From positions 13,944-45,943 of the forward strand of contig CAQYCU010000006.1 of the NCBI GenBank assembly GCA_948919095.1: DNA of 32,000 bases, given 5' to 3'. This DNA comes from an uncultured Clostridia bacterium. GTDB lineage: Bacteria > Bacillota > Clostridia > TANB77 > CAG-508. The notes under the pieces were generated by a model that did no database searches, was not told the DNA's origin, and saw only the letters and a program-made list of their open reading frames with translations. A program made the position numbers and the translations under genes. Below are positions 7,868 through 17,400 of the stretch, in pieces; position 1 is the first letter of the stretch; the number at the start of each line of letters is the position of its first letter.

Positions 7868-8899
7868 TTATAAGTTCGATATCTCCTGCATTACACTTTT
7901 ATATTGCATGTAAAATATATTTTTATTATTCAAAGCAACTGTACTCTCTAAGTTTTTTATCATTGCATATATTTTATCAAGATTATTTTTCTCTTTTTGG
8001 TTTTTTGCAGATGAAACTATTTTTTCAAACTTCTCAGTTGCTGATTTTATGCTGTTTGTAATCTCCATCCATTTATTACTATTGGCTAATGAATATGCAT
8101 TTAAAATCTCCATTTTTGTACTGTATAAATTAGTGGTATATTCATCAGATGATAATATTTCCATATATGTTGGAATATTTGAATATAAGTTATATAAATT
8201 TACTAAACAGCTATTTTTATCTTTGTTCAATATAGATTGAGCAATTCCATTTAAATGAATATTAATATTTTCTAAGTGCTCATTATCTATACCAGCTTTT
8301 TTTAAATCTAATTGTGTTGTTGGAGAAGTTGAAAGTATGTTTTCATATATGTTCGTTATTGTATCCCAGTCAGGTTCTTTTTCATCTGTTTCAGTTAAAG
8401 AGTTAACTAATGTTAAATCTGTTTCTTTTTCACTGTTTCCATTTGAATTACCTGGTGAATTTTGACTACTTCCACCAGAAGATTTGTTTTCAGAACCACT
8501 AGATGAACTGTCCCCTGAAGACTGTCCTTTTTCACTTGATGAGCTATCTCCTGAGTTTTCTTCGCTAGATGATTGTTTTCCACTTCCGCTCTCACTTGTC
8601 TCTGGATTTCCCTTATTAGAATTCCCTCCTGCACTTTTACTATTTGAACTATCATCCCCACTATTAATAGTTTTAGTATACACTTTGTATCGTGTAACAG
8701 ATATGTTGTTAAGTTTATTCATTGCATCAATTATATTATAGTCAATAAAGCTTAGTTCATCTGTTATTTTAGACATAAGTAAATCTTTGTCCTCTTTTTC
8801 TTTTCCATTTATAACTTTCATAGTTATTAAAGTTATAGCTAATATAACAAAAATAATTGATAAAATTGCTGTTATAATTTTAAATAAATTCTTTTTCAT
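7868..8899 (-). CDS. membrane-anchored hypothetical protein with a Ser/Gly/Asn-rich disordered linker
   Basis: The N-terminal anchor is KIITAILSIIFVILAITLITM. A linker of roughly 90 aa follows (SGDDSSNSKSAGGNSNKG...SSGGSSQNSPGNSNGNSEKE), then a helical C-terminal domain. The SD is GGAGA, 10 nt upstream. Confidence 0.65.
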   Translation of the reverse strand: MKKNLFKIITAILSIIFVILAITLITMKVINGKEKEDKDLLMSKITDELSFIDYNIIDAMNKLNNISVTRYKVYTKTINSGDDSSNSKSAGGNSNKGNPETSESGSGKQSSSEENSGDSSSSEKGQSSGDSSSSGSENKSSGGSSQNSPGNSNGNSEKETDLTLVNSLTETDEKEPDWDTITNIYENILSTSPTTQLDLKKAGIDNEHLENINIHLNGIAQSILNKDKNSCLVNLYNLYSNIPTYMEILSSDEYTTNLYSTKMEILNAYSLANSNKWMEITNSIKSATEKFEKIVSSAKNQKEKNNLDKIYAMIKNLESTVALNNKNIFYMQYKSVMQEISNL

Positions 8900-8948
8900 A
8901 AATCATTTATCTCCATGAAAAGGCATTCTTTATTTTACATATAAAAAT

Positions 8949-8978
8949 ACCTCATAATAATTAATATTATTATGAGGT
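8949..8978 (-). terminator. intrinsic terminator downstream of rnpB
   Basis: ACCTCATAATAA (8949..8960) pairs with TTATTATGAGGT (8967..8978), a perfect 12-bp stem. On the minus strand it is followed by ATTTTTAT. Confidence 0.7.
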
Positions 8979-9004
8979 AAAATGCCAAATTTTATTCATT
9001 TATT

Positions 9005-9360
9005 TTGTAAATCTGTAAGCCGGGTTCTGTCGTGAATAGTCATTTATCTAGTATATATATTGCTATATATCTCTTGCCACCAATTTAAGGAGACGACGAG
9101 CAGTCTTAACCTCCTAGTCTCGGTGTTGCTCCAGATGGGGTTTACACGGCTAGAAATATTACTATTTCTACGGTGAGCTCTTACCTCGCCTTTTCATCCT
9201 TACAAAATTAACGCTAACGTTAATTTTGCGGTTATTTTCTGTTGCACTTTCCCTAAGGTTACCCTCGCTTGACGTTATCAAGCATCTTTGCTCTATGGGG
9301 CCCGGACTTTCCTCGTACGCATTCTTTCGAATTTGCTATACGCGACTATTTAATTTACAA
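9005..9360 (-). ncRNA. rnpB: RNase P RNA, bacterial class A
   Basis: The minus strand contains GAGGAAAGTCCGGGC (9300..9314), GGGAAAGTGCAACAGAAA, GGTAAGAGCTCACCG and ACAGAACCCGGCTTA (9016..9030). These occur in the same order as in the E. coli-type M1 RNA. The terminal P1 pairing is TTGTAAAT (9353..9360) with ATTTACAA (9005..9012). The ends are approximate. Confidence 0.9.
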
Positions 9361-9402
9361 ATAAACTATTCTTATTATACAACATATTTTGGTAATAGTC
9401 AA

Positions 9403-10392
9403 TTAGTTATTTTCAAATTTAAGTTCTCTTGTCATTAGCTGCTTTCCTGCTTCTATTGGAGTTAATCCATTATATAGTACATTATACACTGCATTTACAA
9501 TAGGCATGTCGATGTTATATTTCTCTGATAATTTCTTTGCAATTTGAATATTATCTACACTTTCTATTGTCATACCAATTTCTTTTCTAGCTTCTTCTAT
9601 AGATAACCCTTTTCCTATAAGTCTTCCTGCTCTTCTATTTCTGCTTTCATCACTTGAACAAGTTAAAATTAAATCGCCAAGTCCTGAAAGTCCATAAAAT
9701 GTTTCAATATTTCCACCCATCTTAACTCCAAGTCGAGCAATTTCAGCTAGCCCTCTTGTAATTAAAGCAGATTGAGCATTTGTTCCTAAATTTAATTCTG
9801 TACATATTCCAGCACAAAATGCAATTATATTTTTTAGTGCTCCTCCTACTTCAACTCCGACAATGTCATGTGATTTATAAATTCTCATATACTCATTTGA
9901 TAAAAGAGTAGAAACTTCTTCAAGTATATCATCGTCTTTAGACGCTAAAATTACAGCTGTTGGAATTTTTTTAATTACTTCTGTTGCATAACTTGGTCCT
10001 GATAGAGCTCCAATTCTTGCGCTTGGTAATTCTTCTTTTATAACAGTATCAAGTGTTGATAATGTTGCATCTTCAAATCCTTTTGAGCAAATTATAATTG
10101 GCTTATTACCTACAAAATCTTTGTAAGTTTTAAAAGTATCTCTTGTAAATTTAGATGGTGTCACATGAAATATTATGTCGCTTTCGTTAACTATATATTC
10201 TATATCACATGAACATAACATAGTTGGATTTAGTTTTATATCTGGCATAAATGGTGATTTGTGTTCATCATTTATCATGTCTCTTTCTTTTTCGGAAAAT
10301 GACCATATACGAACGTCAGCCCCAGTATCTGCCAAATGATTGCCAATGGCAACTCCCCAACTTCCACTTCCTATTATTGCAATTTTACTCAT
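9403..10392 (-). CDS. gpsA: NAD(P)H-dependent glycerol-3-phosphate dehydrogenase
   Basis: MSKIAIIGSGSWGVAIGNHLA is a Rossmann GxGxxG motif. GALKNIIAFCAGI and NRRAGRLIGKG are present. The gene shows conserved linkage with plsY and der. Confidence 0.93.
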   Translation of the reverse strand: MSKIAIIGSGSWGVAIGNHLADTGADVRIWSFSEKERDMINDEHKSPFMPDIKLNPTMLCSCDIEYIVNESDIIFHVTPSKFTRDTFKTYKDFVGNKPIIICSKGFEDATLSTLDTVIKEELPSARIGALSGPSYATEVIKKIPTAVILASKDDDILEEVSTLLSNEYMRIYKSHDIVGVEVGGALKNIIAFCAGICTELNLGTNAQSALITRGLAEIARLGVKMGGNIETFYGLSGLGDLILTCSSDESRNRRAGRLIGKGLSIEEARKEIGMTIESVDNIQIAKKLSEKYNIDMPIVNAVYNVLYNGLTPIEAGKQLMTRELKFENN

Positions 10393-10453
10393 TATTTTTT
10401 TAATTCCTTTCTCAAATACTTTCTTTTGTTTTTCAGGTATTAAATTACAAAAT

Positions 10454-11098
10454 TTATTTCTTAAAACTTAATTTATTCTCACTACCATTCATAATTCTTT
10501 TAATATTTGCTCTATGATTAAATATTACTATCACAGCCATAATTATACCAAATATTACATAACTAAATTTAGCGCTTTCTCCACCTGATATAAAAGTTTC
10601 ACTCATAAATAAGCACAATACTGGAAATAATACAGCTGCTGCAATTGAGCCTAATGATACCATTCTTGATAAAGCCATGCATACTAAAGCAAATACTAAA
10701 CAAGTAAGTCCAATTTTCCAGTTAATAATTAGTAAAACTCCAAGTGAAGTTGCAACTCCCTTGCCACCTCTAAATCCAAAGAAGGCTGGGAATGTATGAC
10801 CCATTACAACAAATATTCCTGCTGCTTCGACTAAATAAGCTTTTGTTCCTTCATCTGCCTTTGTCATTAGTCCAATAAGTAATGCAAATAATACTGCTAC
10901 AACGCCTTTTAAAATATCACAAATAAGTGTAATCGCTGCAACCTTAGCTCCAGCAGTTCTTAATACATTTGTACTCCCTGCATTTTTACTTCCTTTTTCT
11001 CTAACATCAAATCCCTTAAATTTTTTTGTAAAAATTACTGAAAAACTTATACTTCCAATTAAATATGCAACTAATGCTACTAAGACTATACTAATCAT
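10454..11098 (-). CDS. plsY: glycerol-3-phosphate acyltransferase (acyl-phosphate dependent)
   Basis: The 214-aa polytopic protein carries GSKNAGSTNVLRT, FRGGKGVATSLG and a C-terminal HRANIKRI, which are the PlsY signatures. Confidence 0.92.
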   Translation of the reverse strand: MISIVLVALVAYLIGSISFSVIFTKKFKGFDVREKGSKNAGSTNVLRTAGAKVAAITLICDILKGVVAVLFALLIGLMTKADEGTKAYLVEAAGIFVVMGHTFPAFFGFRGGKGVATSLGVLLIINWKIGLTCLVFALVCMALSRMVSLGSIAAAVLFPVLCLFMSETFISGGESAKFSYVIFGIIMAVIVIFNHRANIKRIMNGSENKLSFKK

Positions 11099-11109
11099 TT
11101 TTTCCTCCT

Positions 11110-12435
11110 TTATTCATCTTCGTTATCACTACGTTCTCTAACTAATACTCGTATTGGTGTTCCTTCAAAATTAAATTCTTGACGTAATTTATTTACTAAA
11201 TACCTTTCATATGAAAAATGAAATAATTTTTTGCTGTTTACAAATACTACAAATGTTGGTGGTTTTGTACTTACTTGTGTCATATAAAATATTTTTAGTC
11301 TGCGCCCCTTGTCTGTTGGCGGTTGTACCATTGATACAGCTTCAGCAAGTAATTCATTTAATGTTGATGTTGATATACGAATTGAATTATTTTCATTTAC
11401 TGTATTTATTAAGTTAAATATTTTGTCTACACGTTGACCAGTTTTTGCTGATATAAATAATATTGGCGCATATCGTAAATATGCAAGTTTTGTGTAAACT
11501 TCGTTTTTATAATTCTCTAAGGTACCATTTTCTTTTTCAATTTCGTCCCATTTATTTATTACAATTATTACACCTTTTCCTGCTTCATGTGCTTCTCCTG
11601 CTATTTTAGTATCTTGCTCAGTTACTCCTTCTTTTGCATCAATTATAAGCAAGCAAACGTCGCTTCTTTCAATAGCTAAACTTGTACGAAGAATACTGTA
11701 TTTTTCAATTTTTTCTTCTATCTTACTATGGCGTCTAAGTCCAGCCGTGTCAATAAATACATATTTTCCATATTTGTTTTCATATTTAGAATCTATTGCA
11801 TCTCTTGTTGTTCCAGCAATATCGCTAACAATTAATCTATCTTCTCCAAGAATTTTATTTATTAATGAAGATTTTCCTACATTAGGTTTCCCGATTACTG
11901 CTACTTTAATGAATTCTTCATTATCTTCTTCGCAATTTTCTGGAAGTTTTTCATAAATGACATCTAGTAAATCACCTATTCCCTTGCAGTTTGCTGAAGA
12001 TATAGGCTGTGGCTCTCCAATTCCAAGGTTGTAAAATTCATATATATCATTTTGGAATTTTTGAAAATCATCTACTTTATTACAAACAAGTATTACTTCT
12101 TTTTTTGCCTTTTTAAGCATTAGTGCAATATCTCTATCGGTGCTGGTAATTCCCGTTTTTACGTCTGTCATAAATAATATTATATCAGCCATTTCTATTG
12201 CAAGTTCTGCTTGAATTTTCATCTGTTTTGCAATTACGTCTTCGCTCTTTTCTTCAATACCACCTGTGTCAATTAATGTAAAATGTTTACCTCTCCAGTT
12301 GCTTTCACCATATATTCTGTCTCTTGTAACACCTGGTGTGTCTTCCACTATTGCTCTTCTTTCTCCAATCAAATAATTGAAAAATGTTGATTTACCAACG
12401 TTTGGTTTTCCAATTATTGCAACTACTGGTTTCAT
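11110..12435 (-). CDS. der: ribosome-biogenesis GTPase Der (EngA)
   Basis: There are two tandem GTPase domains (GKPNVGKST..DTGG..NKVD and GKPNVGKSS..DTAG..NKWD) plus a KH-like C-terminus. The ATG overlaps the upstream stop as TAATG. Confidence 0.95.
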   Translation of the reverse strand: MKPVVAIIGKPNVGKSTFFNYLIGERRAIVEDTPGVTRDRIYGESNWRGKHFTLIDTGGIEEKSEDVIAKQMKIQAELAIEMADIILFMTDVKTGITSTDRDIALMLKKAKKEVILVCNKVDDFQKFQNDIYEFYNLGIGEPQPISSANCKGIGDLLDVIYEKLPENCEEDNEEFIKVAVIGKPNVGKSSLINKILGEDRLIVSDIAGTTRDAIDSKYENKYGKYVFIDTAGLRRHSKIEEKIEKYSILRTSLAIERSDVCLLIIDAKEGVTEQDTKIAGEAHEAGKGVIIVINKWDEIEKENGTLENYKNEVYTKLAYLRYAPILFISAKTGQRVDKIFNLINTVNENNSIRISTSTLNELLAEAVSMVQPPTDKGRRLKIFYMTQVSTKPPTFVVFVNSKKLFHFSYERYLVNKLRQEFNFEGTPIRVLVRERSDNEDE

Positions 12436-14114
12436 TAGCTTTTCCTTTCCAAATTTTTTTTATTATAAACTGCACTTCCTATCAGTCCAATTATTCCTGC
12501 TAAAGAAATTATGTATCCTGCTTTTTCAAATATTGTTCCTTCATATTTTACTTCAAGTATTCCTGAACTGTCAACTTTAACTGCTAACATTCCATTTTCT
12601 GATTCATAATTTTCTATATTTTTGCCATTTAAAGTTGTTATATATCCTAAGTAATATAGATATGGTAATTCTAATTCTGCGTTTCCTTTGATTTCGATTT
12701 CCATTTTATCATAAAGTTTATTTTTATTTTCATTTTTTATTATTGCATTTCCCTCACTTATATATGTTCTGTTTTCTCTTTCCATTAACCAGTCACGTAC
12801 ACGGTATGCTTTTAATGGCATATATTCTCTGTTAATATTATACACACCAACTTTGTCAAATTCACCTAACAAATCTTCAAATTTTTCTTTTTCATATGGC
12901 TGCTTTATAAATTTATTTGAAATTTGAAATCCTGTACCTATAAATATTAATGCAATTACAAGTGCAACACCCCTAACTTTATTTTTGCATAAATTCTGTG
13001 TCAGTACATATGCATTAATACCACATATAATTGAAATAAACAGTATGAAAAATCCCTGTATTCTCCATGCAAATTGTATTATTGTTAAAAAGTGAGGCAT
13101 GTATTTCCATGGAAATAATTTTGTACACATTATTAAAGATACTATGCTTAAAATTAAACATATATTATACAATTTTTTATATTTGATATCTATTTTCCTA
13201 TATGTAATTATTGTAATTAACAATAAAAAAATAATTGGAATTCCAAATGAAAAATCCATTTTATTTTGAGGTGCTGGAATTAAACTCATCCATTCTATTG
13301 GTGAATTTGTGTTTTCCCATACATCTTCTTTCATTGCATGCATAGATTTTGCATCAAATATGGCATAATCTGCCACTAATTTATGTTCCATTAGTGGAAT
13401 TGTATATACTGAAGTTATTGCTAATATACATAATATGTCTATTAAAATATTTTTCCAAAAGAAGCTATTTTTTATTTTAGAAATATTACACAATAATAAA
13501 ACTATTGTAAATATTACAGTATATATTGTTGTGATTGTGTGTGTGAATATTAAAAGTGACGCTCCTAGAATTAATATTGCATTTCCCTTTTTGTTTCCAT
13601 TTATTAAGTAATATAGTCCATTAAAAACTACTGGTATAAATATAAATGCTACATATTCTCCTAATGCGCATCTTTCATATACATTTGTAATTTTGTATGG
13701 TGCTGACATATATATAAGTGCAGAAACTAAACTTATTAGTTTGCTCTTTGTTAAATTATGTACAAACCAATACATTGTTATTCCAGAAAATATAACACTT
13801 GAAACTGCAAATATTTTTATAGCTAAGTCTATTGAATTTGTTAAATATGAAATCATTATAGGAATATAGGTTGTAAATATACCATAAAAAATATTTACCC
13901 CATAACCAAATCCATTCATGTGCTTATAACTAATTAATGGTGGAAATATTCCATCTGCAATGCATTCTTTAACACTAGCTATTCTTAGTGTATGTAATAA
14001 ATATTCACCCGTTTTTGCTATATTTAATGTAAAAAATGGCAAGCAAATAATTATTCCAAGTATTATAATTACAACATAAGGACTAAATTTGCTTTCCTTT
14101 ATCTTACTAAACAT
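12435..14114 (-). CDS. large polytopic membrane protein, possibly a GT-C-like glycosyltransferase or PTPS-related membrane protein; function unknown
   Basis: The 559-aa protein has at least 10 hydrophobic segments. The N-terminal loop HTLRIASVKECIADGIFPPLISYKHMNGFGYGVNIFYG recalls (from memory) the family annotated as 6-pyruvoyl-tetrahydropterin-synthase-related membrane proteins. A C-terminal soluble beta-rich region precedes a final TM helix. The SD is GGAGGAAG. Confidence 0.7.
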   Translation of the reverse strand: MFSKIKESKFSPYVVIIILGIIICLPFFTLNIAKTGEYLLHTLRIASVKECIADGIFPPLISYKHMNGFGYGVNIFYGIFTTYIPIMISYLTNSIDLAIKIFAVSSVIFSGITMYWFVHNLTKSKLISLVSALIYMSAPYKITNVYERCALGEYVAFIFIPVVFNGLYYLINGNKKGNAILILGASLLIFTHTITTIYTVIFTIVLLLCNISKIKNSFFWKNILIDILCILAITSVYTIPLMEHKLVADYAIFDAKSMHAMKEDVWENTNSPIEWMSLIPAPQNKMDFSFGIPIIFLLLITIITYRKIDIKYKKLYNICLILSIVSLIMCTKLFPWKYMPHFLTIIQFAWRIQGFFILFISIICGINAYVLTQNLCKNKVRGVALVIALIFIGTGFQISNKFIKQPYEKEKFEDLLGEFDKVGVYNINREYMPLKAYRVRDWLMERENRTYISEGNAIIKNENKNKLYDKMEIEIKGNAELELPYLYYLGYITTLNGKNIENYESENGMLAVKVDSSGILEVKYEGTIFEKAGYIISLAGIIGLIGSAVYNKKNLERKS

Positions 14115-14139
14115 TCTTCCTCCGTGTATTATATTACTA

Positions 14140-14307
14140 TTAAATTACGTTTTGAGTTAAAGCTATGTTTGTTTCTTTAAAATATTGTACTGTATCTTCT
14201 ATTTCATTTTTTAATGATTCTCTTTGTACTAATTTTGTTGTTATACTCCACAAGCATGCAATTATTAATACAAATAAAAGAACTTTTTTCCATATCTTTC
14301 CTAACAT
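14140..14307 (-). CDS. 55-aa small membrane protein, below the ORF-track size cutoff
   Basis: The sequence is ATG 14307 MLGKIWKKVLLFVLIIACLWSITTKLVQRESLKNEIEDTVQYFKETNIALTQNVI, with the stop at 14140..14142. AAAGGAGA lies 7 nt upstream. A consensus promoter lies immediately upstream. The protein has one clear TM helix. Confidence 0.6.
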   Translation of the reverse strand: MLGKIWKKVLLFVLIIACLWSITTKLVQRESLKNEIEDTVQYFKETNIALTQNVI

Positions 14308-14331
14308 AATATTTCTCCTTTTACAACTTTA

Positions 14332-14360
14332 ATTATAGTTAAAAAGTATTAATTTGTCAA
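14332..14360 (-). promoter_or_regulatory. consensus sigma-A promoter for the small ORF, membrane protein, der, plsY and gpsA
   Basis: The minus strand reads TTGACA (14355..14360), then exactly 17 nt, then TATAAT (14332..14337). Confidence 0.7.
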
Positions 14361-14373
14361 TAAAATAATAAAC

Positions 14374-14420
14374 AAACTTAATAAATTACTAAATTTGCAT
14401 TTATGTAATTTATTAAGTTT
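14374..14420 (-). terminator. intrinsic terminator of ileS
   Basis: A perfect 16-bp stem is formed by AAACTTAATAAATTAC (14374..14389) and GTAATTTATTAAGTTT (14405..14420). It lies 11 nt after the ileS stop, with a T-rich tail on the minus strand. Confidence 0.8.
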
Positions 14421-14430
14421 TTATAAAAGT

Positions 14431-17400
14431 TTATATTTTTTCTAATTTTAAATTTACATTTTCTTTATTTAATGTAAACTCTGTATAGTCTGGTTGTTTT
14501 TCATTATATATGATTTCTTTAGCAAGCGTTTCGTGTTTGATAAAGTCCTCATTCTTTTTAACAATTTCGATAATTTTATCATTATCAGCAATGTAAATTT
14601 TAATATTATCCATTACTTCATATCCATTGTCTTTTCTAGTTGTTTGGATTTTCGATAATATCTCACGAACAAATCCTTCCTCAATAAGTTCAGGTGTTAA
14701 AAGTGTATCAAGTACAACTCCTATCTCGCCTTCTCCAGCAAAAGTAAATCCTTTTTTTCCTTGCATTGTAACTAAAAGGTTACTTGCATCTAAAGTAATT
14801 TCAGTGTCATCAATAAATATTGTTTCATATTTTCCATTTTTTACTTTGTTAGCTAAGTCTACTTGTGATTTCTTTGCAATTTCTTCTTTAATCTTTGGAA
14901 TTAATTTACCATATTCTTTTCCTAACACTGGTAAGTTTGGTTTAATTTCAAAGTTTACGAATTCACTCATATCAGCACCTAGCACTATATCCTTAATATT
15001 AAGTTCTTCTTTTATAATGTTTTCATAATAGTCTGGTAAAGTGCTTACTGATATTAGCATTTCTGAAAGTGGTTGTCTATTCTTAATATTTGATATATTT
15101 CTAGCGTTTCTTCCAAGCTTAACAATCTTATATGCAAGGTCCATTTCCTTTTCAAGTTTACTGTCAATTGCTTTTTTGTTAACTTCTGGCCATATACATA
15201 AATGAACACTTTCTATTGCTTTTTCGTCAAGTCCAACAACTAAATTTTGATAGATTTCTTCTGCTATAAATGGAACAAATGGTGCAACAACTTTGCTTAA
15301 TATTACTAATACATTATAAAGTGTTACATAAGCTCCTATTTTGTCATCTGTTAAATCTTGAGCCCAAAATCTTTCTCTATTTCGACGTACATACCAGTTT
15401 GATAATTCATCAGTAAATTCATCTATGGCGTTTGCAGAACCTGTAATATCATAAGCATCTAGCCCTGATTGTACTTTTTCAATTAATGAATTTAGTTTAG
15501 AAATTATCCATTTATCCATTATATTTTCAGACTTAAAGTCTGTATATTTTAATGGATTGAATTGGTCAATTTCTGCATATAGTACATAGAAAGAATATAC
15601 ATTCCATAATGTGCTTAAGAATCCTCTTTGGCTTTCTTGTACATTTTCAAGTGATAATCTTGATGATATCCAAGGTGCTGAACCTGTATAGAAATACCAT
15701 CTTGTAGCATCTGCTCCTACTGTATCTAATAGATATAATGGGTCAACTCCGTTTTTCTTTGATTTAGACATTTTTTGGCCTTTTCCATCAAGAACATGTC
15801 CTAAAACTATACAGTTTTCAAATGGAGTTTTGTCAAATAAAGCTGTTCCTATTGCTGTTAATGTATAGAACCATCCTCTTGTTTGGTCAATAGCTTCTGA
15901 TATAAATTGTGCTGGGAAGTTTTCTTTAAATATATCTTCATTTTCAAATGGGTAATGCCATTGTGCAAAAGGCATTGAACCTGAGTCAAACCAACAGTCA
16001 ATAACTTCTTTTGCTCTTACCATTTTCTTACCACATTTAGGACATTTTAAGTGAACATCATCAATAAATGGCTTATGTAATTCAACTTCTTCTGGTGCAT
16101 TTATTGCTTTTTCTTTAAGTTCCTCAATACTACCAATGCATTCTTGATTACCACATTTTTCGTCTTCACAAGTCCAAATTGGAAGTGGTGTTCCCCAATA
16201 TCTATCTCTTGATATGCCCCAGTCAATTACATTTTCTAAGAAGTTTCCAAAACGTCCTGTTTTAATTGTTTCAGGATACCAGTTTACTTTATTATTGTTT
16301 GCAACTAAGTTGTCTCTTAGTTTGCTCATTGCAACAAACCAGCTTTCCTTTGGATAATAAAGTAATGGTGTGTCGCATCTCCAGCAATGTGGATATGAGT
16401 GTAAATGTTTTTCTTTATGGAATAATTTATTATTTTCTTGTAGCCATTTACAAATATCTTCGTTGCAGTCTCTAACAAATCTACCCTTCCAAGGTTCAAC
16501 TTCGTCTACAAATTTTCCTTCTTTGTCAACTAAATTTACAAATGCTATTCCATTTTTTTGACAAACTAAACTATCATCTTCACCATAAGCTGGTGCAATA
16601 TGAACTATACCTGTCCCCTCTGTTAAAACAACGTAATCTCCATGTACTACTTCATATGCTTTTCCTTCAACTTTAGCAAATGGCATTAGTGGTTCATATT
16701 TTAACCCTAATAGTTCTTCTCCTTTATATGTTTTAACTATCTCGTATTCTTTATCTTTTAAAACAGTCTCTATTAAATCTTTTGCTATAATGTAAGTTTC
16801 ATATTTTGGAGTTTCTTCATCTCCAATATTTACTTTTACGTCAGAATATTCATATTTTTTATTAACGCAAAGTGCTAAGTTTGATGGTAGTGTCCAAGGT
16901 GTTGTTGTCCAAGCAAGTACAAATCTTTCATCATCTTTTAATTTGAATTTTGCAATACAGGTTAAATCTTTTACGTCTTTATATCCTTGTGCAACCTCAT
17001 GTGAAGATAAAGCAGTTCCACAACGTGGACAATAAGGCATTACTTTATGTCCTTGATATAATAATCCTTTTTGCCACAATTCTTTTAAAGCCCACCATTC
17101 TGATTCAATGTATTTGTTATCATAAGTTATGTATGGTTCATCCATATCAACCCAATATGCAACTTTGTTTGTCATCTCTTCCCAAATGTTAACATATTTA
17201 AATACGCTTTCTTTACATTCCTTTGTGAAAGCTTCTACTCCATAATCTTCAATTTGTTGTTTTCCTGATATTCCAAGTTTCTTTTCAATTTCAAGTTCAA
17301 CAGGTAGTCCATGTGTATCCCACCCAGCTTTTCTTATTACTCTGTAACCTTGCATTACTTTATATCTAGGAATAATATCCTTTATAACTCTTGTTATAAT

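Noticed and set aside
7868-7893. Programmed +1 frameshift fusing the 343-aa gene to the Ig-like ORF
   Set aside because: The 23-nt overlap (ATG CAG GAG ATA TCG AAC TTA TAA) has no CGG codon, no slippery or hungry-codon context I can recognise, and no downstream stimulatory structure. It is kept only as a possibility within the Ig-like ORF finding.
8413-8741. ORFs 8413..8661 (minus) and 8484..8741 (plus) within the Ser/Gly-rich linker region
   Set aside because: These are alternative readings of the repetitive low-complexity linker DNA of the 343-aa gene. They have no independent start signals.
9226-9438. 70-aa plus-strand ORF from the track
   Set aside because: It lies antisense within the RNase P RNA gene and the gpsA 3' end, and it has no SD. 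The elevated G+C of the structured RNA explains the open frame.
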